A stretch of 47,857 nt of DNA, from assembly GCA_944389045.1 (NCBI GenBank), contig CALXKW010000001.1:1-47857 (forward strand). Reading direction: 5' to 3'. A program made the translations under genes and the position numbers. Below the pieces are notes generated by a model, which was not told where the DNA came from, made no database searches, and worked only from the letters and a program-made list of their open reading frames with translations. Shown here one piece after another: positions 18,595 to 26,388 of this stretch. Within the stretch, counting starts at the first letter, position 1. Each line of letters starts with the position of its first letter. Origin of the DNA: an uncultured Clostridia bacterium. Lineage in GTDB: Bacteria; Bacillota; Clostridia; Oscillospirales; CAG-272.

Positions 18595-20295
18595 GTGAAC
18601 AAACCGCACGATTTCCCGTTTGGAATTATGGATGTCGCTGAAATCCTGCAATTGCGGATGCGGCGGCCACATGCTACCGGAGGATATTATGATTGTCCGT
18701 TTTGCGGTGACAAGCGCGGCAAAATGAGTATCAGTACCGAAAAAGATGCCTGGCGCTGTAATTACTGCGGTGAGCACGGCGGTATGCTGGCTTTGTATGC
18801 AAGAATAAACAATATCAGCAATTCCGAAGCCTATCGGGAAATCTGTGAGTCATTGCAAAACGGTGAGTTTGGCAGTTGCTGCGAACCGGTATCTCCTGAC
18901 CACAGGAAGCAGGATTATGCAGAACAAGCACCGCTTGCGGATATCCGTACCATTCACCAGACCTTTTCAATGATGCTGAATATGCTTTCCTTATCCAAGG
19001 AGCACAGAGAGCATTTACGAACTGTGCGCGGGCTCACCGACGGGCAGATTGACGAGCTGATGTACCGAAGTACGCCTCCCTTTTATCTGTGCAAAAAGAT
19101 CGCGCGGCAATTGATTGAAAAAGGCTGTACTCTGCAGGGCGTTCCCGGCTTTTATATGAAAGACGGCGCATGGACCGTTAAATTCTATTCCAAAACGTCA
19201 GGAATTCTGATTCCCGTGAGAGGAATAGACGGTCTTATCCGAGGCATGCAGATACGCCTTGATGTACCGATCAAGGATGATGACGCTCCGGACAAAAGCG
19301 GATCAAAATACATATGGCTGTCCTCTGCCGGAAAAGAGATGGGCGTGTCATCGGGATCTCCCGTTCATTTTACGGGAGATCCCTTTGCGCGGGCTGTCTT
19401 TATTACCGAAGGTTTTTTAAAGGCTGATATCAGCCATTATCTGATGAACCGTTCCTTCGTTGCCATTGCCGGAATCAACAATACATCTCAGCTTGAGCTG
19501 ATGTTTGAACTGCTAAAGGAAAATGGAACGGAGATTATCGTAGAGGCCGCCGATATGGACAAGTTCAGCAACCGGAATGTGGACAGAGGCATTTCTAACA
19601 TTCGTTTGATTGCAAAGAAATGCGGGCTTGAATTCCGCCGCCTGACCTGGAACCCCAATTACAAGGGGATTGATGACTGGCAGCTTGCTCTGAAAAGAAA
19701 GCAACATGGAAAGAAAAACCCGGAGATGAATTTTAAGAAACGCTTTATTTACGGCCTTTGCAGTTTTGACATTATTGACGATGAAATAGCGGAGTGGTAC
19801 GAGTCTGCGGAGAAAAAAGAAACGCTGGAAGAACACCTCGGTTTTACTGCTGAGGAATATTCTGTTTTTATTCAGTCGGATAAGGACACACTTAAAAACA
19901 AGCTGCTTGCCCAAAGGAGAAAGCAACGCTATCGGATCTATCAGCTTGATTTTTCCGATGGAAAACCAAAATCTTTTGCTTTTGGGGGAATCGCGGCACT
20001 TAGAGAGGCGGGATATGAACAGCCTCCCGCGTCGGAATATGCGCTGGTGTGCGAGGACAGTTTGTTTTGCTTTGCAGCCGATACGGAGAAAACGTGTCTT
20101 GAACGGATTTCAGACCGTTACAGCGATAAGCTTCCGGAAGGATATCGGGGCAGGAGCGTCGCTCCATCCGATATTGTAGAGCTTTATGACGAAAATGAAC
20201 GACGATATTTTTACCGCGAAAAGGAATCTTTCTGTCCGGTTAAATTTTCTCCGTTTCTTGTAAAGAAAGCTTCTTGTAAAGAAAGCTTCTTGTAA
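18595..20295 (+). CDS. zinc-ribbon / Toprim-type primase-like protein with YodL-like C-terminal domain
   Basis: CPFCGDKRGK...CNYCGEHGG, Toprim-like FITEGFLKAD and VEAADMD, tail YRIYQLDF...SVAPSDIVELYDE. GTG start follows AAGGAGGA. Confidence 0.7.
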   Translation: MNKPHDFPFGIMDVAEILQLRMRRPHATGGYYDCPFCGDKRGKMSISTEKDAWRCNYCGEHGGMLALYARINNISNSEAYREICESLQNGEFGSCCEPVSPDHRKQDYAEQAPLADIRTIHQTFSMMLNMLSLSKEHREHLRTVRGLTDGQIDELMYRSTPPFYLCKKIARQLIEKGCTLQGVPGFYMKDGAWTVKFYSKTSGILIPVRGIDGLIRGMQIRLDVPIKDDDAPDKSGSKYIWLSSAGKEMGVSSGSPVHFTGDPFARAVFITEGFLKADISHYLMNRSFVAIAGINNTSQLELMFELLKENGTEIIVEAADMDKFSNRNVDRGISNIRLIAKKCGLEFRRLTWNPNYKGIDDWQLALKRKQHGKKNPEMNFKKRFIYGLCSFDIIDDEIAEWYESAEKKETLEEHLGFTAEEYSVFIQSDKDTLKNKLLAQRRKQRYRIYQLDFSDGKPKSFAFGGIAALREAGYEQPPASEYALVCEDSLFCFAADTEKTCLERISDRYSDKLPEGYRGRSVAPSDIVELYDENERRYFYREKESFCPVKFSPFLVKKASCKESFL

Positions 20296-20319
20296 AGAAA
20301 CTTCTTGCTAAGAAAAAGG
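20257..20319 (+). repeat. four tandem copies of a 15-16-nt unit CTTGTAAAGAAAGCTT spanning the primase stop codon (iteron-like)
   Basis: Units at 20257-20272 and 20273-20288 are both perfect. 20289-20303 has one deletion. 20304-20319 is diverged. Confidence 0.85.
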
Positions 20320-20416
20320 AAAAATAGGGCGGCATGCCAACAAGTTAAAATGGGTACGGGAAAGCGCAAAACGCTATCTTGTACCCACATTTTTATTTAA
20401 ATGAGGTGATATAAAA

Positions 20417-21250
20417 ATGGGAGTATTCTCAGAAATTAATATTGATAAAAATATAAATAATACCTTTACCGGCGCACAAACCATCACAGAGAAAACAATG
20501 GCCGAAAAAGTCGAAGCACTTGACGACGCGCGTCAGGCCGCCGAGGCGGAGGCAGCACAGGCAGCCCTTGCCCAAATGACCGGCTGCGCATCCGAAGCTG
20601 CCGGCAAGGACACGGAAGAAGCCCCTGCAGAGGAAAGCGAGGATATAACGCGAAAAGAACATGAGGAAAAAGAGGCAAAGAGAAAAGCCGAATGGGAGAC
20701 AAAGCGCAAAGCCAAAGAGGAAGAAGAAACCTTTGCATGGGAAAACGCGATAGCTCTTGAAGACGACGCCCTTGTGGCGGCCTCTATGAAACGTGTGGGC
20801 GACGATGCAGAGCGTATAACCAGGCGAAATATGAAGCAATGCGTTACCGAAATGGTACAAACCTACTGTATTGAGGATTTGGACTTTGCCCGGCAGGTAA
20901 TGCATCCGCGCAAAAATATGATACGGTGTTTCCGGTATATCAACCGAAAAGCCCGCGCATTTATTGAACAGGAGATGAAAGATAACGATGAAAAGCCGAT
21001 TAACGGCATTTATGGCAGCGATGTGCCGGATGATCTCTGTTATCAGTGGGCGCGGGAATATTTTATGGATATGGATGCCGAGGAGGACAAAGAAAATGAA
21101 GAGAAATTTGTATCTAAACCCTATACAGGCAAATCGGCGGTTGTCAAATCCCCCAATAAGTCTGCAAAGAAAAAGACGGAGCCCAAAAAAGAAGCTCCTA
21201 AAACGAACACTGCTTCTTTGTCAGACGACGGGCAAATCAGCTTATTTTAA
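20417..21250 (+). CDS. PcfK-like protein (conjugative-element family of unknown function)
   Basis: Acidic A/E/K-rich N-terminal half. The C-terminal part MKQCVTEMVQTYCIED...DVPDDLCYQWAREYF matches my memory of the PcfK-like family. Not verified. Confidence 0.5.
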   Translation: MGVFSEINIDKNINNTFTGAQTITEKTMAEKVEALDDARQAAEAEAAQAALAQMTGCASEAAGKDTEEAPAEESEDITRKEHEEKEAKRKAEWETKRKAKEEEETFAWENAIALEDDALVAASMKRVGDDAERITRRNMKQCVTEMVQTYCIEDLDFARQVMHPRKNMIRCFRYINRKARAFIEQEMKDNDEKPINGIYGSDVPDDLCYQWAREYFMDMDAEEDKENEEKFVSKPYTGKSAVVKSPNKSAKKKTEPKKEAPKTNTASLSDDGQISLF

Positions 21251-21270
21251 TGAAAGAAGGTACAGTATAA

Positions 21271-23280
21271 ATGGACAAAAGAGCTTTGCGAAAAATTTCG
21301 GGGCCGAACAGAAAACTGAATTGTCGCAGCGGTGTTTTTTATGCCGAACAGATTCAGTATGTTGTTTGTACGGAAGTTAAGAATATCGCACATCGCCGCA
21401 CTCTTGTCTTATATGTCTATGACAAAGAGCGCGTGCTTGCCGGGGACTCTATCCCAAAGTGGACAGTATTTCAGAGTAAAGAGGAGTATATTGCTCTATG
21501 CCGGGATGAAGAAGGGACACGGTGGCATCAGTCTATGTTCAACTCCCTCAACAGGGAGTATTGTTTTTCCGGAAAGTGTTCCTTTTACTCCTATGCCGAT
21601 GAAGAAAGAGTTACTCGTTTCTGTCAAAAAGCAAATCTCAAAGGTTTTAACAGTTTGGATGGACTCCAGTATGAACTGTTTTGCAAAAGGCAAAAAGCCA
21701 GAAGATTAAAAAGTCAGAAGAAAATTGCGGAACGAATGAAGCCGGTAAAATCACTGCCAAGGGATATCAAAGGATTTATTTTCAGAGAGACCCTGCCTCA
21801 CTATATCTTTTACGATTATGTGAAGGGTAAAGCGCCGCGGAATGCCTGCTGCACCGCCTGCAGGCACGAAGTATTTGTTACTGAGGCAAAGCATAACGGC
21901 AAGGGTATATGCCCTCGCTGCAAAAGTGACGTAATCTACAAGAGCCGCGGCCGCCGCGGAAATATCGTTGACCGTTCCACGGTGCAGGTAATTCAGCGCG
22001 CAGGAGAAAATGAAGTGATTATCCGTATTGTAAAGTCCTATTGCCGGTATTGCAAGAGCGATACGCCGAAATACGACATTTATGAAAACGCAAGGTTGTT
22101 TCTCTTCCGGGAGGACGGCAAACCGGTAAAACAGGAGGACTATTACTATTGTTATGACAGGAAACAATTAACTCCGTGGCACAAAGGAAAACGCCCGGGA
22201 TTCGGCGCATGGTCGTATAATTTCGAGGCGGATTATTCCGGGTATCTTTATCACCGCAATCTGGAAAACGAACTGAAAGGAACGCCTTGGCAATACTCGG
22301 CGCTGAAGGAATACTATATGGCAGATCCCACACCGCTTTATGTTGATCGGTATCTGAATGAGTATCTACACTATCCGATGCTGGAATATTTGGTGAAGTT
22401 GAAGTTATTCCGCCTTGCAACCTACGTTGTTTACGGAGATGCAGACGGTTCTAAATTCTACGGAAACAACGAGGTTCTCAACAGCAGTGGTAAAACCCTG
22501 ACGGAGATACTCGGCGTTGAAAAGAAGCATGTCCCGTTTTTGCAGACGATCAATCCGGGCGGAAAGCAGCTTAAATTAATAAAGTCGTTGCTGAGGGAAG
22601 GCATTGAGTTGGATGTGGATTTGCTGAAATGGTGCAGTGAAAACAGCGTGGGAAACGCAGAATACCTTACTGTTCCTCTGCGCTATATGACACCCCATAG
22701 GCTGCTGCGCTATGCCACAGAGCAGTTTGCAGCGCACAGAAAGATTTCCAATACAGATAATGGTTATTATTCTGTGAACTACATGATGTCCGATTACAAG
22801 GACTATCTTTGTATGTGCATGGCGCTGGATCACGATATGAAGAGCAGCTTTGTCCTGTTTCCAAATGATTTGAAAGCAGCGCACGACAGAGTGAATGATT
22901 TGAATCAAGCGGAAATCACAGAAGCATACGACAGGAGGATTGCGAAAATGTTTAATGAGTTGCAGGAGCGGTATTCTTTCAAAAAAATGGGGTTTATGGT
23001 AATTGCTCCGCGTTCTTCAAAAGAGATTATTCGAGAAGGAGACAAGCTGCATCACTGTGTTGGCCGGTATGTCAAGGATGTGGTGAAAGATAATTGCACC
23101 ATTCTGTTTATCCGTAAAGCTTCCGCTCCGAAAGAACCGTTCTGCACAGTAGAAATTAAACATGGTGATATAGTTCAGGCACGAATACAGAATAACGGAA
23201 GCCCTCCGCCCGAGGTACAAAGGTTTATCGAGTTATGGAAACAGCAGGTGCTTTATGCTCCTGCGACAACTGCGGCGTAG
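21271..23280 (+). CDS. PcfJ-like protein
   Basis: C-terminal GDKLHHCVGRYVKDVVKDNCTILFIRK...FCTVEIKHGDIVQARIQNN is the PcfJ-type signature. There is an internal zinc ribbon CCTACRHE...CPRCKSD. Confidence 0.6.
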   Translation: MDKRALRKISGPNRKLNCRSGVFYAEQIQYVVCTEVKNIAHRRTLVLYVYDKERVLAGDSIPKWTVFQSKEEYIALCRDEEGTRWHQSMFNSLNREYCFSGKCSFYSYADEERVTRFCQKANLKGFNSLDGLQYELFCKRQKARRLKSQKKIAERMKPVKSLPRDIKGFIFRETLPHYIFYDYVKGKAPRNACCTACRHEVFVTEAKHNGKGICPRCKSDVIYKSRGRRGNIVDRSTVQVIQRAGENEVIIRIVKSYCRYCKSDTPKYDIYENARLFLFREDGKPVKQEDYYYCYDRKQLTPWHKGKRPGFGAWSYNFEADYSGYLYHRNLENELKGTPWQYSALKEYYMADPTPLYVDRYLNEYLHYPMLEYLVKLKLFRLATYVVYGDADGSKFYGNNEVLNSSGKTLTEILGVEKKHVPFLQTINPGGKQLKLIKSLLREGIELDVDLLKWCSENSVGNAEYLTVPLRYMTPHRLLRYATEQFAAHRKISNTDNGYYSVNYMMSDYKDYLCMCMALDHDMKSSFVLFPNDLKAAHDRVNDLNQAEITEAYDRRIAKMFNELQERYSFKKMGFMVIAPRSSKEIIREGDKLHHCVGRYVKDVVKDNCTILFIRKASAPKEPFCTVEIKHGDIVQARIQNNGSPPPEVQRFIELWKQQVLYAPATTAA

Positions 23281-23338
23281 GAAAGGAGTTAAGTCAAATG
23301 AATGCATTCTTCGCTATGGCGGAGTGATTATGTTACTT

Positions 23339-23370
23339 CAAAGGGAGAAGGCGGCCGCCTTCTCCCTTTG
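23339..23370. repeat. perfect 32-bp palindrome CAAAGGGAGAAGGCGG/CCGCCTTCTCCCTTTG (GCGGCCGC core)
   Basis: All 16 position pairs are complementary. Lies 28 nt upstream of the next start codon. No U-tract follows. Confidence 0.9.
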
Positions 23371-23398
23371 ACTTTATATCAGAAAGGATTAAAAACGA

Positions 23399-24718
23399 AT
23401 GGAAGAATTAAAAAAAGCCTTTTATGAAGTGATGTACAAATACCAAAAGTCTTTCAGCGAGCATGGCGTCATGCAGAACCTGAATGCATGGGCCGAGGGC
23501 AAGAGCCAATTGCTCTCTCTTTTGCGCCGGCATCCGAACTGGAATGAGAAAGCTAAAGCGGTCGTAATTGAGTTCAAGGAGGGGCGCGAAATTGAGCGTG
23601 ATACGGTTGATGAAATCGCCTTTACGATGCTGAGTATTGCAGACCGAGTGATAGGAGAGAGCGACAGAGCTTTGTTTTGCACCGCTTTTAACGCGGCAGT
23701 CCATAAATACAGCAAGACGCTTTCCGAGGAGACACTTGAAATTATTCGTCAAAACGGAGGCATCAAGTGCGCTGTGGGACAAAAAACAAGCCGTATCATC
23801 GGCAAGCTTTGCCGCAAATTTGGGCTGGAATCATGTGAGGACTATGAAAGAATATATGCACGGCTTTCGGATGCTTTGAACCCATTGCAGATTGAAAAAA
23901 CAGCGGTATTGTCGGTACATCCGTGTGACTTTCTGGAAATGTCAAGCTCCAGTAATACATGGACCTCCTGCCACAATCTTGCTACCGGCAAATATCAAAG
24001 CGGGTCGCTGTCTTATATGACGGATGAGGTCAGCATGATATTCTTTACTGTTGACCCCGACGTTACAGAAAGCTTTTACCGCGCCCCAAGACGTACAAGA
24101 CAGATATTTATCTTCAAAGACAACTGCTTGTATCAATCAAGACTTTATCCCAATGAGGATGAGGACGTCTTCACTCAGAACCGGGAAATCGTACATAAAA
24201 TTCTTGCGGGCTGTCTTGGCGTGCCTAATTTGTGGGTACTGAAAAGCAATTGTAACAATGTAAATTGCTGTGAGTCGGCAAAAGGCAGTGCTCAATACCC
24301 CGATTACGATTTTTGCGGGAATTTGTCTTATATCAAAGGAACAACCAGTATTGCTCATATGGTAATCGGAAAGCCGCCGCTCTGCGTCTGCTGCGGGAGG
24401 CCTTTCCGAGCATTCAAAAGCATTAAATGCGACTGTGAGAAAACCGTTGTTTGTCAGGATTGCGGAAGAACAGTACCGATAAACCGGGCGGTATATGACG
24501 AGGGCGCGTTTCATTGCAGCACCTGCCGTCATATTTGTGCTAAGTGCAAGAGAGCGATTAGTGATACGGTATATCCTGCATTCGACAGAAAAGGAAACCC
24601 TGTTGAAATTTGCTTTGAATGTTACCAAACGGCTACGGAGCCTTGTGCGTTTTGCAGCGTAAAAGGAGTGTGCAGTATTATAGGCGGCTCTCTTTGTCAG
24701 CATGCCGCTATCCGGTAG
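23399..24718 (+). CDS. hypothetical Cys-rich protein (unassigned N-terminal domain plus multi-zinc-ribbon C-terminus)
   Basis: 439 aa. Has an LSVHPCDFLEMSSSSNTWTSCHN signature. The C-terminal 110 aa contain CVCC, CDC, CQDC, CSTC, CAKC, CFEC and CAFC. Confidence 0.75.
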   Translation: MEELKKAFYEVMYKYQKSFSEHGVMQNLNAWAEGKSQLLSLLRRHPNWNEKAKAVVIEFKEGREIERDTVDEIAFTMLSIADRVIGESDRALFCTAFNAAVHKYSKTLSEETLEIIRQNGGIKCAVGQKTSRIIGKLCRKFGLESCEDYERIYARLSDALNPLQIEKTAVLSVHPCDFLEMSSSSNTWTSCHNLATGKYQSGSLSYMTDEVSMIFFTVDPDVTESFYRAPRRTRQIFIFKDNCLYQSRLYPNEDEDVFTQNREIVHKILAGCLGVPNLWVLKSNCNNVNCCESAKGSAQYPDYDFCGNLSYIKGTTSIAHMVIGKPPLCVCCGRPFRAFKSIKCDCEKTVVCQDCGRTVPINRAVYDEGAFHCSTCRHICAKCKRAISDTVYPAFDRKGNPVEICFECYQTATEPCAFCSVKGVCSIIGGSLCQHAAIR

Positions 24719-24734
24719 AATAGGAGGATGTGTC

Positions 24735-25745
24735 ATGATAAGCAATGTAAATGAGCTCAAAACAGTTATTCAAATGAAGCAAAAGCAGCTGAAAATCTAT
24801 CTTGAGGCTGCCCTGAAAAAAATGGGATACTTGCCTGAAAGTCATAAAGGCTTTCTTTATGCGAAAGGCCGCATACCCGTTCTCTTGGTGGCTCATCTTG
24901 ATACTGTGCATTGCGGTCAAGCCGAGATCATCTGCTTCTCCGAGGATCTGCGTTATGTCATGTCCCCCCAGGGGATAGGCGGCGACGACAGATGCGGAGT
25001 CTATATGATCCTACAGATTATACGGCAAGCCAAATGTCATGTACTTTTCTGCGAGGATGAAGAAATCGGCGGTCGTGGCGCCGGCGCATTTGCCGGCAGC
25101 AAAATCATGCCCAAGGTAAACTACATTGTAGAAATTGACAGAAAGAGCGAAAATGACGCCGTTTTTTATGAGTGCGACAATCCGAGCTTTACCGATTTCG
25201 TACTTGGCTTTGGATTTGAGGAAAGGTCCGGAAGCTTTTCCGATATTTCTGTTGTGGCGCCGCATCTCAATACGGCAGCAGTCAATATTAGCGCAGGGTA
25301 TTATAACGAACACAAGCGGTATGAATATATTGACATGCTTGCTGTAGAGAATAATATACGGCGTATTACACAAATGGTATTGACCGACACCGGGCATTTT
25401 AACTACATAAAAAGAAACAATCAATTATCCCTGGTTGATTGGATGCCGGCAGCTTTTCCCTCCATGGTCACGGGCGGTAAGCAGAGATTGCTGATGGATG
25501 TGCCCGCTGAAGCGCATATCATTACCAATGGCTGTGAGATATGCTCCGGGACAACCTATTTAATTGACCGGGCGAGCAAGGTATATATTTACCTTAAAGA
25601 ATTGAACGCCGCCGTTGAGTCCGAATATTGCTATGCCTGCGGAGACAATGGCGAGCAGATTGCTTTTTCCGACAGCATTGCAAAAATACTGCCCGTTATT
25701 TCCTTTGAGGAAGCAGTTGAACGTCTGACGATGAATTACGGCTGA
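24735..25745 (+). CDS. clan MH (M28/M20-like) zinc metallopeptidase with C-terminal zinc-ribbon extension
   Basis: LLVAHLDTVH, GIGGDDRCGVYM, FCEDEEIGGRGA, EIDR and GYYNEH. The extension carries CEIC...CYAC. ATG 24735 follows AGGAGGA. The ORF-track start is 24702. Confidence 0.7.
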   Translation: MISNVNELKTVIQMKQKQLKIYLEAALKKMGYLPESHKGFLYAKGRIPVLLVAHLDTVHCGQAEIICFSEDLRYVMSPQGIGGDDRCGVYMILQIIRQAKCHVLFCEDEEIGGRGAGAFAGSKIMPKVNYIVEIDRKSENDAVFYECDNPSFTDFVLGFGFEERSGSFSDISVVAPHLNTAAVNISAGYYNEHKRYEYIDMLAVENNIRRITQMVLTDTGHFNYIKRNNQLSLVDWMPAAFPSMVTGGKQRLLMDVPAEAHIITNGCEICSGTTYLIDRASKVYIYLKELNAAVESEYCYACGDNGEQIAFSDSIAKILPVISFEEAVERLTMNYG

Positions 25746-25835
25746 CTTTTGTTCGCCGCAGAGAGAGATTCAAGCTATTAAAAAGCAGGTATTCTACAAA
25801 AGGGAAGAGTGTCTTTTCGGCTTTTCTCAGAGATA

Positions 25836-25872
25836 TATACCCCAGAAAGCCGCGAAGGCTTTCTGGGGTATA
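25836..25872. terminator. 16-bp perfect stem-loop after the + strand operon
   Basis: TATACCCCAGAAAGCC-GCGAA-GGCTTTCTGGGGTATA. No clean U-tract on either strand, so terminator function is inferred from position only. Confidence 0.45.
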
Positions 25873-26065
25873 CAAACACAGGTTTAGTATATCACACAAT
25901 CGGAATTTTGAATTTTTCAGAGGCATTACTTTGCTGACTGAAATTTAGAGTTGACAAGCATTGCTCGTAAATTGTTTCAAAAGCTCCCCAAAAATAAGGT
26001 TGCACAAAATAAATGTCATTTTGTTGGATGTTTTGTACAATTTTAAAAATTTTTTCATGCAAGTA

Positions 26066-26094
26066 TTGTAATTAAAAATAAATAATGGTATAAT
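26066..26094 (+). promoter_or_regulatory. promoter TTGTAA - 17 nt - TGgTATAAT
   Basis: TTGTAA at 26066-26071. TATAAT at 26089-26094 with a TG extension. About 290 nt upstream of the 653-aa gene. Confidence 0.55.
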
Positions 26095-26388
26095 TTAGTC
26101 GAAAACGGTATGTCCGCACTTTACATCAATCCGGCAATTTTAGAAGGTTAGGAGGTGTTTCCCATGAAATAAAATTCCCGCCCCGCCTGAGTCATGCTAT
26201 TTTAACTTCAAGGAGGTGCTGCGGCGAATACTATTACCGAAATGTTGGCAGCAATATGTGAAAGCAATGTTAATTCCATTGCGTCGGCACTAACCCACAA
26301 CCAAACACTATGCGAATACACAGGTGAATTTTCTGATTATACCCATATCCACACATGAAATTAATTTTCTACAATATGAAAGGATTAG

